Shown piece by piece: positions 1-10,050 of a stretch of DNA of 64,000 nucleotides. Each line of letters begins with the position of its first letter. Position 1 is the first letter of the stretch. The notes below the pieces were generated by a model. It did no database searches. It was not told where the DNA came from and saw only the letters and a program-made list of their open reading frames with translations. The DNA comes from Polynucleobacter sp. (GTDB lineage: Bacteria; Pseudomonadota; Gammaproteobacteria; Burkholderiales; Burkholderiaceae). The stretch lies in the NCBI RefSeq assembly GCF_044342855.1, contig NZ_JBIIPA010000008.1:146-64145 (forward strand), read 5' to 3'. The position numbers and the translations under genes were made by a program.

Positions 1-30
1 GCCCTAGGCAATCAATTTCAGGAGACCACC

Positions 31-318
31 ATGCAACCCAATCAATATTCAGTTGAAGTATTTAATGACAACCTAGCCCGGAATGAAAGTCCATGGATTA
101 GGTTGGGCATATTTAATAGGCTGGACCAAGCCATTTCAGCATGTAGGAAAGTTATTGATGACTATCTAAACCAACATAGGCATTTGACGCTAACCGCTGA
201 TCAGCTGGCCACAAACTATCTAATGTATGGGCCAGCGCCCTGCATCAATGGCACGGAAAATCTCAAATCATTCGATCTATATGAATACCTTAATAGGCGG
301 TGCGCTGAAGTTTCTTAA
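31..318 (+). CDS. hypothetical protein (95 aa)
   Basis: ATG ORF with GGAG about 6 nt upstream. No motif I recognise. It lies directly upstream of the APE-type cluster. Confidence 0.4.
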   Translation: MQPNQYSVEVFNDNLARNESPWIRLGIFNRLDQAISACRKVIDDYLNQHRHLTLTADQLATNYLMYGPAPCINGTENLKSFDLYEYLNRRCAEVS

Positions 319-397
319 AGAGCGAAAATGCGCCAAACTGGTGCCTGGAAGTAAGAACTCTGTATATTTAAGCTATTTACAAGACTCTTGAATCCCA

Positions 398-1117
398 ATG
401 GAAAATTGGTCGACCCCATTTGAAGTAACGCACTGGCATGCATGGAGTCCGGCCGTCCAAACTAGGGATGCCTGGCTTGAATGGGCGAAAGCGCCCTACT
501 CTACAAATGGCGAAGGCTCGCCTGCGGTCGAGGGAATGCAGCCAATGAATAGGCGCCGCCTAAAGCAGCTTGGCAAAATGGCCCTTGATCCGACCTATCG
601 CCTACCCCCTACAGATAGCCCCATTATCTTTAGCACTCAATACGGCGATCTCACTAGATGCTATGAGCTACTCAAGGAGCTCACTGAAACGGGAGCCATA
701 TCACCCCAATCTTTTGGCTTAAGTGTGCATAACGCCATACCCGGGCTTTACACTATCGATAGGAAGTTGCATTCAAATGTAACGGCGCTCGCCTCAACGG
801 ATGGAGTTATGTCAGCGCTAATTGAGGCTCTAGGATTTTTTGCCCAGGGTGAGTCAAGCGCTCGAATTATTGTTGTTGAAAATGCAGTTCAGCAAGAATA
901 CAAAAATTACTGCGACTTTGTTGACGAATCATACGGCTTCGCAATGGATGTATCTCCGGGCGGAAACCTACAATTCACCTTAAGCAGCGCAACAACCAAC
1001 AATCAGACAAATCCAGCATTACCAAGCAATCTCAATATATTTAGATTTTTAATTGGGGAAGACAAGGCATTTTCAGAGGTTATTAATAACACCCTCTGGA
1101 AAATGAGGAGAGTCTAG
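398..1117 (+). CDS. beta-ketoacyl synthase chain-length-factor-like protein (ApeC-like)
   Basis: 239 aa half-KS without an active-site Cys. The N-terminal WHAWSP...W..W and SPQSFGLSVHNAIPG stretches are typical of APE-cluster CLF proteins. First gene of the co-directional cluster. Confidence 0.7.
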   Translation: MENWSTPFEVTHWHAWSPAVQTRDAWLEWAKAPYSTNGEGSPAVEGMQPMNRRRLKQLGKMALDPTYRLPPTDSPIIFSTQYGDLTRCYELLKELTETGAISPQSFGLSVHNAIPGLYTIDRKLHSNVTALASTDGVMSALIEALGFFAQGESSARIIVVENAVQQEYKNYCDFVDESYGFAMDVSPGGNLQFTLSSATTNNQTNPALPSNLNIFRFLIGEDKAFSEVINNTLWKMRRV

Positions 1118-1885
1118 TTGAGCAATAGAGCTTGGCGAATCATTGGGACTGGCCTGTCCTTCTCCATCTTTGGAGTCGTTGGCGCAATGCTATCCATCGG
1201 CTTGATACCAATTATTCTAATTACGCCTGCAAGCGAGTTAAGACAAAGAATTGGAAAGCGCCTAGTAAAAATCTGTTTTCAGACATTTCTGAAAATCATG
1301 CAGCTTCTGGGTGTAATGTCATTAAAAACAGAGCATTTAGAGCGCCTAAAGACTGGCGGCCGCCTGGTATTAGCTAATCATCCGAGCCTAATAGATGTTG
1401 TTATTTTGATTGCCCTCGTCAATAACCCTGATGGCGTAATTAAAACACCCCTGCTCTTTAACCCCTTTACCCTCGGTTTGTTGAGATTTGCTGGGTTTAT
1501 TCGAAATGAGGAGGGCCCAGAACTCATTGTAAAATCTATAAGATCTGTGAAAAGTGGTAACAATTTGATTATTTTTCCAGAGGGCACTAGAACAAGAGAT
1601 ATAAACGCATTAACGTTTAAGCGTGGGGCTTCAAATATTGCCGTCAGAGGAAAGCTAAATATCACGCCAATTTTGATATTTACCTCCGAACCAGTTCTGC
1701 AAAAAGGAACTAAATGGTACAAAGTCCCGCAGCAAAAACCTGTGTTTACGATCTCAGTTTGTGAAGAAATTGAAACGGGTAAGGTAGTTAATTGCGATGG
1801 GGATTTATCCATCGAATCCAGAGTATTAACCAGGTATTTAGAAGACTATTTCAGACATAAGCTTAGAAGCCATGCAAGAACTTGA
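1118..1885 (+). CDS. lysophospholipid / 1-acyl-glycerol-3-phosphate acyltransferase (PlsC family, ApeD-like)
   Basis: NHPSLIDV (HX4D) and FPEGTR acyltransferase motifs, with an N-terminal TM helix. TTG start directly after the upstream TAG, with GAGGAG 7 nt upstream. Confidence 0.8.
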   Translation: MSNRAWRIIGTGLSFSIFGVVGAMLSIGLIPIILITPASELRQRIGKRLVKICFQTFLKIMQLLGVMSLKTEHLERLKTGGRLVLANHPSLIDVVILIALVNNPDGVIKTPLLFNPFTLGLLRFAGFIRNEEGPELIVKSIRSVKSGNNLIIFPEGTRTRDINALTFKRGASNIAVRGKLNITPILIFTSEPVLQKGTKWYKVPQQKPVFTISVCEEIETGKVVNCDGDLSIESRVLTRYLEDYFRHKLRSHART

Positions 1886-2132
1886 ATTAGAAATTAAACA
1901 GCTCATCATTGAATGCCTCAACCTTGAGGATTACAAGCCTGCAGATATTGAATCCGGAGCGCCCCTTTTTGGCGAAGGCTTGGGATTAGATTCTATTGAT
2001 GCACTAGAGCTGGGCGTCGCCCTACAAAGAAAATATGGCCTTAGTTTTTCTGGTGGCACCAAAGAGAATAAAGAGCATTTCTTCTCCGTGGAAACATTGG
2101 CTAAATTCGTAACAGCAAATAAGATTAAATAG
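1872..2132 (+). CDS. acyl carrier protein (ApeE-like)
   Basis: 86 aa with an LGLDSIDALEL phosphopantetheine attachment motif. Confidence 0.85.
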   Translation: MQELELEIKQLIIECLNLEDYKPADIESGAPLFGEGLGLDSIDALELGVALQRKYGLSFSGGTKENKEHFFSVETLAKFVTANKIK

Positions 2133-2139
2133 TACGAAT

Positions 2140-2382
2140 ATGGAAAAGTCCGCAATCTTTGATGTACTAAAACAAAACTTAGTTGAATTCTTTGAGGTTC
2201 CTGCGGATAAAATTGTGCCTACAGCAAAGTTATATGAAGATTTGGACATCGATAGCATCGATGCCGTTGATCTTATTGTTCGCCTAAAAAAATATACAAA
2301 TAAAACGATGACGCCAGAAATGTTTAAATCTGTACGCACCGTTCAAGATGTTGTAGATGCCATTCATAAATTGAGCAATTAA
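2140..2382 (+). CDS. acyl carrier protein (ApeF-like)
   Basis: 80 aa with an LDIDSIDAVDL attachment motif. Tandem with the first ACP. Confidence 0.85.
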   Translation: MEKSAIFDVLKQNLVEFFEVPADKIVPTAKLYEDLDIDSIDAVDLIVRLKKYTNKTMTPEMFKSVRTVQDVVDAIHKLSN

Positions 2383-2387
2383 ACCCA

Positions 2388-2906
2388 ATGGGGTATTTGT
2401 TTGCTCTACTCATCCCCCTGTCTTTCTGGATTTGCCTTTGGTTTGGTATTCCGCTCTGGTGGATTGGCGCACTATTACTGCCAGCAATCTTTTTAAAAGG
2501 TAATCTCTATTGGGGTAAGTTGCTTGCTTGGCCAGGTGCAGCATTAGGACTCATGGCTCTGACACTCCAATCAAGCCAGGCAATCTTCTTTTATCCAGTC
2601 GCCATTAATTTAAGCCTATTGATTGCCTTTGCCTTGAGCCTACATAAAGGTCAGCCAGTTATAGAGAAGTTTGCGCGTCTTCAATACCCAAATCTTCCCG
2701 ACTCCGAAATCCCCTATACAAGGAAATGCACGCAAGCATGGTGCCTATTTTTCGCCATCAATGGAACAATCGCACTGATTACTGCCTTACTTGAAGATAA
2801 GGAATACTGGACTATCTACAACGGTGGAATAGCCTATTTACTGATGGGATGTATGTTTGCGGGTGAATGGATGATTCGCCAAAAGAGATTGAAGCATGCT
2901 AAGTAA
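2388..2906 (+). CDS. polytopic inner-membrane protein (ApeG position)
   Basis: 172 aa with about 5 hydrophobic helices. No catalytic motif recognised. Its position in the cluster is conserved. Confidence 0.55.
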   Translation: MGYLFALLIPLSFWICLWFGIPLWWIGALLLPAIFLKGNLYWGKLLAWPGAALGLMALTLQSSQAIFFYPVAINLSLLIAFALSLHKGQPVIEKFARLQYPNLPDSEIPYTRKCTQAWCLFFAINGTIALITALLEDKEYWTIYNGGIAYLLMGCMFAGEWMIRQKRLKHAK

Positions 2907-4566
2907 TACCTTAGCCAACCTACTGGTATCCGATCGGGCCGACTCAATAGTCGTAACAGATGACGGCCTCACCTTTGGCCAATTCAAGACTGATGTTGGC
3001 AATGCAGTCGCAACACTATCAATCCAAGATAAGACTCGGGTGGCATTATTTGAGCCCGATACCTATAGCTTTATGGTTTGGCTTTTTGCAGCATGGCAAT
3101 TAAAGCGCTCAGTTCTACTTCCACCTGAAATGGAAACTTTTAATCAGGCTAATTTTTCCAACTACATTCTTATTGGCTCATTTGAAGGAGCTGATATGAG
3201 CGCATGGGGGGAGCCCAAATCCCCCGCACAATTTGAAGCGCTAGATCTAGATGCGGAAGTTTTAGAAGTCTATACATCTGGCTCAACTGGCGAGCCCACA
3301 AAAATTACCAAAAAATTATGGCAGCTTGAAAATGAAATTAAAGCTGCTGAATTTACATTTGGGCCAAGCATTTCTGTAGATCGATTATTTACAGGATCAG
3401 CAAGTCATCAACATTTTTTTGGACTGCCTTTTAGAGTATTGTGGCCGCTAGCCCGAGGATCACGTATTGCTCGCTCCCTCATTGCCTACCCACATGAATG
3501 GGATACAAGCATCCCGCAGGTATTCGTAACAAGCCCATCCTTCTTGAAGCGAGTTGCACAAACCTCCAATATTCAAAAACAATCCAATCCAGACTTCATC
3601 AGTTGCTTTGCTGCTGGCGGCATATTGAGCGCTGAAATTTCAAAAGAAATACGTGACTTAACAGCTAACTATCCATATGAAATTTATGGCAGTTCCGAGA
3701 CTGGGCATATTTCATATAGACAGCTACCAGGGGATGTTTGGAAAATGCAGCAAGGGGTTGAATTTAAAAAGCCAATAGCTGAAACCCTCGAAATCAAGTC
3801 GCAATTTTTGCCCGACGATAGCTGGTTTAAAACTGCTGATACAGCAACGGAGAGCAATGGATCATTTGAAATTCATGGTCGCACCGACACCATACTAAAG
3901 ATTGAAGATAAAAGAATATCGACCCCCCAAATTAACAAAGCAATCCTCAGCTCTTGCCTTGTTGCCGAATGTCATATCCTAGACCTGGGAAATGGCTCCA
4001 GAGATCAATTGAGCGCGATTGTGGTTCTTGATGATGCCGGACTAAACCTAATCAAGAGGCAAGGGAAGTTAGCAGCAATAACTGCCATTAAACAAGCTAT
4101 GGCATCACAGGTAGACCCTGTGTGCATCCCCAGAAAATGGAGATTTATATCATCCTTACCAAGGAATTCATTTGGAAAGATTACAAAAGCCCAATGCCTG
4201 AGGCTGTTCTCAACACCAATTAAATCTCCTGCAATTATTGCTGCCACTACGGCAAGTGGTGTCTCCAGCTTCTGCCTCGACATATCAGACAACCTGGAGT
4301 GCCTCAAGGGCCACTTTGATAAATTCCCCCTAGTGCCGGGCGTGGCCCAGCTGCAATGGGCAATTGATATCGGACTTAACCACTTTGGAATTACACAACG
4401 AAAATTCTCCTCAATGGAGCAAGTCAAGTTCAGAGATTTTTTAAAGCCCAACCAGATCATTGAACTTGAAATCACCCTAAATTCTGAAAATAACTCTCTT
4501 AAATTCAAGTACCTTAAGGGTGACTCAATCTTTTCAACCGGAACTATCAAGTTTCACAAGGATTAA
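2896..4566 (+). CDS. AMP-dependent synthetase/ligase fused to a C-terminal hotdog dehydratase (ApeH + ApeI-like)
   Basis: YTSGSTGEPTKI adenylation core and YGSSETG. The C-terminal ~130 aa carry GHFDKFPLVPGVAQLQW, a FabZ/FabA-type hotdog signature. Confidence 0.75.
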   Translation: MLSNTLANLLVSDRADSIVVTDDGLTFGQFKTDVGNAVATLSIQDKTRVALFEPDTYSFMVWLFAAWQLKRSVLLPPEMETFNQANFSNYILIGSFEGADMSAWGEPKSPAQFEALDLDAEVLEVYTSGSTGEPTKITKKLWQLENEIKAAEFTFGPSISVDRLFTGSASHQHFFGLPFRVLWPLARGSRIARSLIAYPHEWDTSIPQVFVTSPSFLKRVAQTSNIQKQSNPDFISCFAAGGILSAEISKEIRDLTANYPYEIYGSSETGHISYRQLPGDVWKMQQGVEFKKPIAETLEIKSQFLPDDSWFKTADTATESNGSFEIHGRTDTILKIEDKRISTPQINKAILSSCLVAECHILDLGNGSRDQLSAIVVLDDAGLNLIKRQGKLAAITAIKQAMASQVDPVCIPRKWRFISSLPRNSFGKITKAQCLRLFSTPIKSPAIIAATTASGVSSFCLDISDNLECLKGHFDKFPLVPGVAQLQWAIDIGLNHFGITQRKFSSMEQVKFRDFLKPNQIIELEITLNSENNSLKFKYLKGDSIFSTGTIKFHKD

Positions 4567-4567
4567 T

Positions 4568-5305
4568 TTGAAGCTTTGCGCAATCATTCCCTTTTATAAC
4601 CATCCAGAACCAATAGCTGGGGTTGTTGATAGCCTGTTAGAGAAACAGATTCCATGCTTCATTGTTGATGATGGAAGCGATATCTATTCGAAGGGAGAGC
4701 TGGCAAAGCTTGCAGGAGATCCCTTGGTTACAGTTGTAACCAGAGTTATTAATGGCGGCAAAGGTGCTGCTGTTATTGATGGGTTACGAGCTGCCTTAGC
4801 TGAGGGCTATACACACGCCCTTCAGATAGATGCTGACGGTCAACATGACGCCAATGAAATTCCCGCCTTAATGAAAGAGGCGCAGGATTATCCAGACGCA
4901 ATCATCTCTGGTATGCCCGTGTATGGCAAAGATGTTCCAAAGTCACGCCTAATTGGTAGGTATGCCACCCATATTTGGGTGTGGATTAACACCCTCTCCC
5001 TTGACATCAAAGACTCCATGTGTGGATTTCGCATCTACCCAATAGCCCCAACATTGAATGTAATCAATAAAACACCTGGTCTTGGCCTTCGCATGGATTT
5101 TGATATCGAAGTGCTTGTACGGGCCTATTGGAGCGGGTTAAAAGTAAGACAGATTCCTGTTGGCGTTCACTACCCACTCGATGGCATATCGCATTTTGAT
5201 GTAATAAAAGACAATATCGCGATCTCCAAGATGCACACCAAACTATTCTTTGGCATGATCCCAATTGCTCCGAGGTTGATATTTAGAAAGCTTAGAGGGC
5301 GTTAA
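4568..5305 (+). CDS. family 2 glycosyltransferase (ApeJ-like)
   Basis: AIIPFYNH, VDDGSD and DADGQH (DxD) motifs. I prefer the TTG at 4568 right after the upstream stop; the ATG at 4520 is the alternative. Confidence 0.75.
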   Translation: MKLCAIIPFYNHPEPIAGVVDSLLEKQIPCFIVDDGSDIYSKGELAKLAGDPLVTVVTRVINGGKGAAVIDGLRAALAEGYTHALQIDADGQHDANEIPALMKEAQDYPDAIISGMPVYGKDVPKSRLIGRYATHIWVWINTLSLDIKDSMCGFRIYPIAPTLNVINKTPGLGLRMDFDIEVLVRAYWSGLKVRQIPVGVHYPLDGISHFDVIKDNIAISKMHTKLFFGMIPIAPRLIFRKLRGR

Positions 5306-6222
5306 TGCATTGGGCAAAAATTAATGAGGTAACCACCTCCTCTGGAATTAAATTTGCATTTGGTATTTACAAACTATTCGGGCACCTTCCAGTTAGGCTC
5401 ATTCTGTACCCAACTATTTTTTGGTACTTGCTTACGCACTCAATCGCGAGAGGCGCCTCAAGAGAGTATCTCGGGCATCTTTATAAGTACACCAAAGGTA
5501 AATCTCCCAAACCATCCATCATCAATATCTTCAAGCATTTCTTTGCATTTGGGGAGTGCATCCTTGATAAGCTCATTATTTGGAGCGGCAATATTCAAGA
5601 TATTGCGTACTCGTTCAAGTCTGACGATAGCTTCGTAAGCACAGTTAATAACGGTCAAGGTGCCATCATCGTGGTCTCTCATATTGGGAATCTTGATCTT
5701 AGTCGCGCCATTGCCAATGACTTCCCTAACCTAAAGCTAACTGTCCTGGTTCACACTTCTCATGCGGTTAAATTTAACGAATTACTCAGGGAAATAAATC
5801 CTGAAAGTGCAATCAACACTCTCCAGGTTTCCGAGTTTGATGTTGAGGATGCAATTTCATTTTCAGAAAAAATTGATAATGGAGAAGTGATTGCAATAGC
5901 AGGAGATCGCATTCCGTTATCAGGCCACGGAACAATTAATATTGATTTTTTAGGGGGTCAAGCTCCGCTACCAATTGGCCCCTATGCTTTAGCTCGAGTC
6001 CTGAAGTGCCCACTCTACTCACTAACTTCGGTTAAGGTGAATGGTCAATACATTATTCAAATCAATGAAATAGCCTCATCCGATGCCCTCAGTACAAATA
6101 GAGCCCATAGCGCCAAAATTGCTGCGCAATCATTTGCAAACGGACTTAGCGATATTTGCGTACAAGCCCCATTTCAGTGGTTTAACTTCTACCCGTTTTG
6201 GGCGAAGAATAGTGGAAAATAA
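5305..6222 (+). CDS. LpxL/HtrB-family (lipid A-type) acyltransferase
   Basis: 305 aa with an N-terminal TM helix and the VSHIGNLD (HX4D) motif of lauroyl/myristoyl acyltransferases. The ATG overlaps the upstream TAA (TAATG). Confidence 0.65.
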   Translation: MHWAKINEVTTSSGIKFAFGIYKLFGHLPVRLILYPTIFWYLLTHSIARGASREYLGHLYKYTKGKSPKPSIINIFKHFFAFGECILDKLIIWSGNIQDIAYSFKSDDSFVSTVNNGQGAIIVVSHIGNLDLSRAIANDFPNLKLTVLVHTSHAVKFNELLREINPESAINTLQVSEFDVEDAISFSEKIDNGEVIAIAGDRIPLSGHGTINIDFLGGQAPLPIGPYALARVLKCPLYSLTSVKVNGQYIIQINEIASSDALSTNRAHSAKIAAQSFANGLSDICVQAPFQWFNFYPFWAKNSGK

Positions 6223-6226
6223 AGCC

Positions 6227-6649
6227 ATGGAAGATAAGCTACTAACCGCCGCTGTAGATATAGAAATCCCATTTCACGATGTGGATTCAGTACATATCGT
6301 TTGGCACGGTAACTATGCTAAATACTTTGAGATCGCCAGATCTGCCCTACTGCGAAAAATTAACTACGACATTCCGCAAATGTCTGAAAGCGGATATGGC
6401 TGGCCAGTTGTAGACCTTCAAGTGAAATATATAAAGCCATTGAAGTACGGCCAAAAAATAAAGGTTGTGGCTAGCCTTATAGAGTATGAGAATCGACTAA
6501 AAGTATCCTATGAGGTAATTAGCCAAACAGATGGGTCAGTCACCACCAAAGGTCAGACCACTCAACTAGCAATTGACATGCAAACTGGTGAGACTTTATT
6601 TGCCACACCCGAGATCTTTCGAACAAAAATACTGGCCTCAAAAAATTGA
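6227..6649 (+). CDS. 4HBT/YbgC-type acyl thioesterase (ApeK-like)
   Basis: IEIPFHDVDSVHIVWHGNYAKYFE hotdog thioesterase signature. The start was moved to the internal ATG at 6227, after the upstream stop. Confidence 0.75.
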   Translation: MEDKLLTAAVDIEIPFHDVDSVHIVWHGNYAKYFEIARSALLRKINYDIPQMSESGYGWPVVDLQVKYIKPLKYGQKIKVVASLIEYENRLKVSYEVISQTDGSVTTKGQTTQLAIDMQTGETLFATPEIFRTKILASKN

Positions 6650-7242
6650 AAAGGGCATTTCTTTCTCTTCTCCTGCTATTTTCAACAGCACCATTTGCCC
6701 AGAGCCTACTGAGCGATGTTCAGCAATCGGTAGTCAATGCGCCAATTATCAAAGGCGAGTTTCATCAAACTAGAGCTCTGATTGGCGTCAATAAAAAGCT
6801 TATTTCTGAGGGTTACTTTTTAGTAGATAAATCCAAGGGAATTCTCTGGGTGACCGAAAAACCATTTCCTCAAACGGTCAAAATTACACAATCAGAGTTA
6901 CAGATACAAAACAATAGTCAAGTTGTAATGAGACTTAATTCCGAATCCCAACCTGGAATTAAATACATCAACGAATTGCTACTATCTATTTTCTCAGGGA
7001 ACATACAAATCATTGAGAAGATGTTTGATATTAACGGTCAATCAACAAAAAAGGGCTGGTCGCTTCACCTCACTCCAAAAAAATCAGGCCCCTCAATACT
7101 CAGAAATGTGGATCTAGCAGGCAAAACTGTCGTTGACTTCGTGTCATTTGAAACAAATACTGGCGACCTAACTCAGATCAATTTTAGTAAGGTTAAAACT
7201 CCGGATTCTTTAAGCCCTGATGAAGCCGCAAAATTTAATTAA
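6646..7242 (+). CDS. LolA-like periplasmic carrier (ApeL-like)
   Basis: Signal peptide ending FA-QS, and an FHQTRAL...LISEGYFLV...ILW pattern as in the LolA fold. The TTG start overlaps the upstream TGA. Confidence 0.65.
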   Translation: MKRAFLSLLLLFSTAPFAQSLLSDVQQSVVNAPIIKGEFHQTRALIGVNKKLISEGYFLVDKSKGILWVTEKPFPQTVKITQSELQIQNNSQVVMRLNSESQPGIKYINELLLSIFSGNIQIIEKMFDINGQSTKKGWSLHLTPKKSGPSILRNVDLAGKTVVDFVSFETNTGDLTQINFSKVKTPDSLSPDEAAKFN

Positions 7243-9505
7243 ATGGCTTGCCTCTGCTTTTGCTCTAACAACATTTGGGTTGTTAATATGGGCCGGCCTT
7301 AATTTCACCTATATCAGCCGTCAAATTGACAATGATCTGATGTCCCTGCTACCAAGATCTGAGCGGGATCTTAATTCAGAGAAAATTATCTCGAGAATTG
7401 CAAAGAAAGGTGAGAATTCGCTTGTACTTCTTATCGGATCTGAAAATCTTCAGGAATCCCTAAAAGCTGAAAAACTACTTCAAGACCAATTTGCAGCGCT
7501 TGACTTAAGGCAGGCCAATTCAAATCTTGATTTAAATGAAATTGCCAAGTTCTACCTCCCTTACAAGGGGCGCCTCCTCTCTGCCGAGGATGTCCATCAG
7601 CTAGACAACAATTCAAGCACCTTCTGGTATGACAAATCAATATCCTTAGCCTACTCATTTTCCGGAATGGCAGTTAGCTGGAAAGATGATCCTTTTGGCC
7701 TATTAAGTGATTGGCTAAGTTCTCTAGCCAAAACAAAGATCAGACCTTACGGATCTAGCTTAATCATTGAGGATTCAGGCTCCACTTTTGTTGTAATGCC
7801 TCTTGAGTTAACAAATACTGATCTCAACATGGGTCAAAGAAATATCTTGGCAACCTCAATCATCCAGGCGATTGAAAAAACACAGCAAGACATCCCCTCA
7901 GTAAAAATTCAAAAAGCTGGCGTACTTTTTTATGCTACAGCAACAGCAATAAAAGCAGAGTCTGAAATATCAATCATTGGCATCGTCTCGGCAATTGCGG
8001 CACTAGCACTTATCACCTTAGCCTTTAGAAGTTTTATTGCGATTGGGGCAGTCCTTTTAACAGTCTGTATTGCTTTTTTATATGCCCTATTAATTTGCAT
8101 CTTCATCTACCCAAAGGTTTACTTGCTAACACTGGCATTTGGAACGAGTCTGATCGGCATGTCAGTTGATTACTGCCTATATTGGCTAACAGGCTCTATC
8201 GACGACAACAAGAGCCCAGAGGACAGAAGGAGATACCTTTTCCCAGGAATGGCTTTAGCACTCCTAACAACCATACTTGGTTATGCACTTCTTGCGGCGA
8301 CGCCCTTCCCGGTTCTTTCTCAAATGGCTGTGTTCTCAATTGGCGGCTTAATCGCTGCCTGGCTTTCTGTCGTTCTTTTTTTTCCAATGCTTAATCAAGT
8401 GCAGTTTAAAAAGAATAATTTCTATCGCATTTTTAAGGTGATTAAGCCTGGATTCGGAATTTCCAACGTCTTTTCCAAATTAGCACTCACCTCACTAATG
8501 TTGAGCCTAGGGGTTTACGGAGCAATAACATTCAAGGGGACAGATAATATCCGCGCCCTTGCCTCTTATGATCCAAACCTGGTCGCCGAGCAAACGGCTA
8601 TCTCAAAATTAATGGGCTTGCCAAGTCCAGCGCAATTTTTCATCATTTCTGGCGACTCACCCAATGAGGTGCTCTTATCCGCTGAAGGATTGTCTAAAAA
8701 ATTACAGCCTTTAGTTCGGGGTGGAAAAATTTCAAGCTACCAAGTAATTAGCGACTACATCCCGTCGTTAGAATTCCAAAGGAAAAATGTTGAATCCTAT
8801 GGGAAATTGGTTGATGAAAAGGTTCTGCAAAAGATAGGCAAAACCATGGACATGCCGGGTTCATGGGTTAGCTCTCAAGAGCCGTCTTCAACAATGCTTA
8901 CTTTCGAAGAGTTTGAAAAATCCCCACTCTTTAATCAACTGCAAGGTCTTTGGTTTAAGGAGGACGGTAAAAATTTTACCGCTGTACTGCTATCAGGCAT
9001 CAGCGATCAATCCACCATTGATGAACTGTCAAGGATGGAAGATGTCTCTATTTCTTGGGTCAATAAGCCCAATGAAATTTCAGAAATCTTCAAGCGATAT
9101 AGAACGCTTTTTTCAATTTTGATCGCCATAGGCTACATCATTGCGTTTATAGGCATTTCAATTCGCTACAAAAAAGAGGCGTGGCGATCGATTGCTCCAC
9201 CTGTATTGGCTACATTTATTACTATCGCAATATTAAGCACACTGGGTGAACCCATTAGCCTTTTATCCATCTTAGCTTTTGCACTACTACTTGGTGTTGG
9301 GACTGACTACGGCATATTCCTATTGCAATATCCAGCCGATGAACGCGTCACATTCTCCATTACTCTAGGCGCCCTTATGAGCTTAGTATCTTTTGGAACT
9401 TTGACGATTAGCCATGTACCAGCTCTGCATAGCTTTGGCATCACTTTATTGTTTGGCATCAGCCTTTCGTGGGCGCTGACCATCTTTTTCTCTAAGAAGG
9501 CTTAA
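7220..9505 (+). CDS. MMPL/RND-superfamily exporter (ApeM-like)
   Basis: 761 aa with two 5-6 TM bundles separated by soluble loops. GMSVDYCLYW and GVGTDYGIFL motifs. Confidence 0.75.
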   Translation: MKPQNLIKWLASAFALTTFGLLIWAGLNFTYISRQIDNDLMSLLPRSERDLNSEKIISRIAKKGENSLVLLIGSENLQESLKAEKLLQDQFAALDLRQANSNLDLNEIAKFYLPYKGRLLSAEDVHQLDNNSSTFWYDKSISLAYSFSGMAVSWKDDPFGLLSDWLSSLAKTKIRPYGSSLIIEDSGSTFVVMPLELTNTDLNMGQRNILATSIIQAIEKTQQDIPSVKIQKAGVLFYATATAIKAESEISIIGIVSAIAALALITLAFRSFIAIGAVLLTVCIAFLYALLICIFIYPKVYLLTLAFGTSLIGMSVDYCLYWLTGSIDDNKSPEDRRRYLFPGMALALLTTILGYALLAATPFPVLSQMAVFSIGGLIAAWLSVVLFFPMLNQVQFKKNNFYRIFKVIKPGFGISNVFSKLALTSLMLSLGVYGAITFKGTDNIRALASYDPNLVAEQTAISKLMGLPSPAQFFIISGDSPNEVLLSAEGLSKKLQPLVRGGKISSYQVISDYIPSLEFQRKNVESYGKLVDEKVLQKIGKTMDMPGSWVSSQEPSSTMLTFEEFEKSPLFNQLQGLWFKEDGKNFTAVLLSGISDQSTIDELSRMEDVSISWVNKPNEISEIFKRYRTLFSILIAIGYIIAFIGISIRYKKEAWRSIAPPVLATFITIAILSTLGEPISLLSILAFALLLGVGTDYGIFLLQYPADERVTFSITLGALMSLVSFGTLTISHVPALHSFGITLLFGISLSWALTIFFSKKA

Positions 9506-9510
9506 GGTAA

Positions 9511-10050
9511 GTGCTCTCATTCCGACACACAATTTTGCTTTTGACGACAACTCTTTTGATTGGATGCCAAGGTCATTCAAATCTCCTTGCATTCAATCTT
9601 GCTCCAGAAGAATTGGGCAATTCTCGAGTTCTGCAAATGCAAACTCAAATCTCTTACGGCGATCAGTCTTATGCAATGGAGAATATAGTTGATATCTCAA
9701 AAGAAAAAATTCAGATTATTGGAACTGCAGGCGGAATTCGAATTTTTACAATTATCTATAACGGAAACGAAATCATTAACGGCCCAGGAATTGGGATGCC
9801 CTTCTATTTCCCGATAAACTCCATTACAGAAGATAACTTATTTGTACTGGCCAGCCCCGCTACCATTCAATCTCATTTAACAACTAACTACACATTAGAG
9901 AGCAATACTAACGAAAAGAAGCTTTTACAGTCGGGTAAAGTGGTTATGCGGATGGAGCGCCGCCCAGATGGCAAAGGGAATTCTATAATTACCCTCTACA
10001 GGACTTCTCCAGAATACAAACTCAATATTGTGATGAGTGAGGTTAAGTGA
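9511..10050 (+). CDS. lipoprotein, DUF3261-like (ApeN position)
   Basis: GTG start and lipobox LLIGC. Conserved position before the KS gene. Confidence 0.5.
   Translation: MLSFRHTILLLTTTLLIGCQGHSNLLAFNLAPEELGNSRVLQMQTQISYGDQSYAMENIVDISKEKIQIIGTAGGIRIFTIIYNGNEIINGPGIGMPFYFPINSITEDNLFVLASPATIQSHLTTNYTLESNTNEKKLLQSGKVVMRMERRPDGKGNSIITLYRTSPEYKLNIVMSEVK

Noticed and set aside
1132-1812. Alternative-frame ORFs (1132-1377 +, 1378-1812 -) inside the PlsC-type acyltransferase gene.
   Set aside because: The main frame carries the HX4D and FPEGTR motifs. The alternatives have no features.
4520-6226. N-terminal extensions given by the ORF track for the glycosyltransferase (4520) and the thioesterase (6083).
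   Set aside because: The extensions overlap the upstream genes by 47 and 140 nt and add non-conserved residues. The internal starts at 4568 and 6227 give canonical N-termini.
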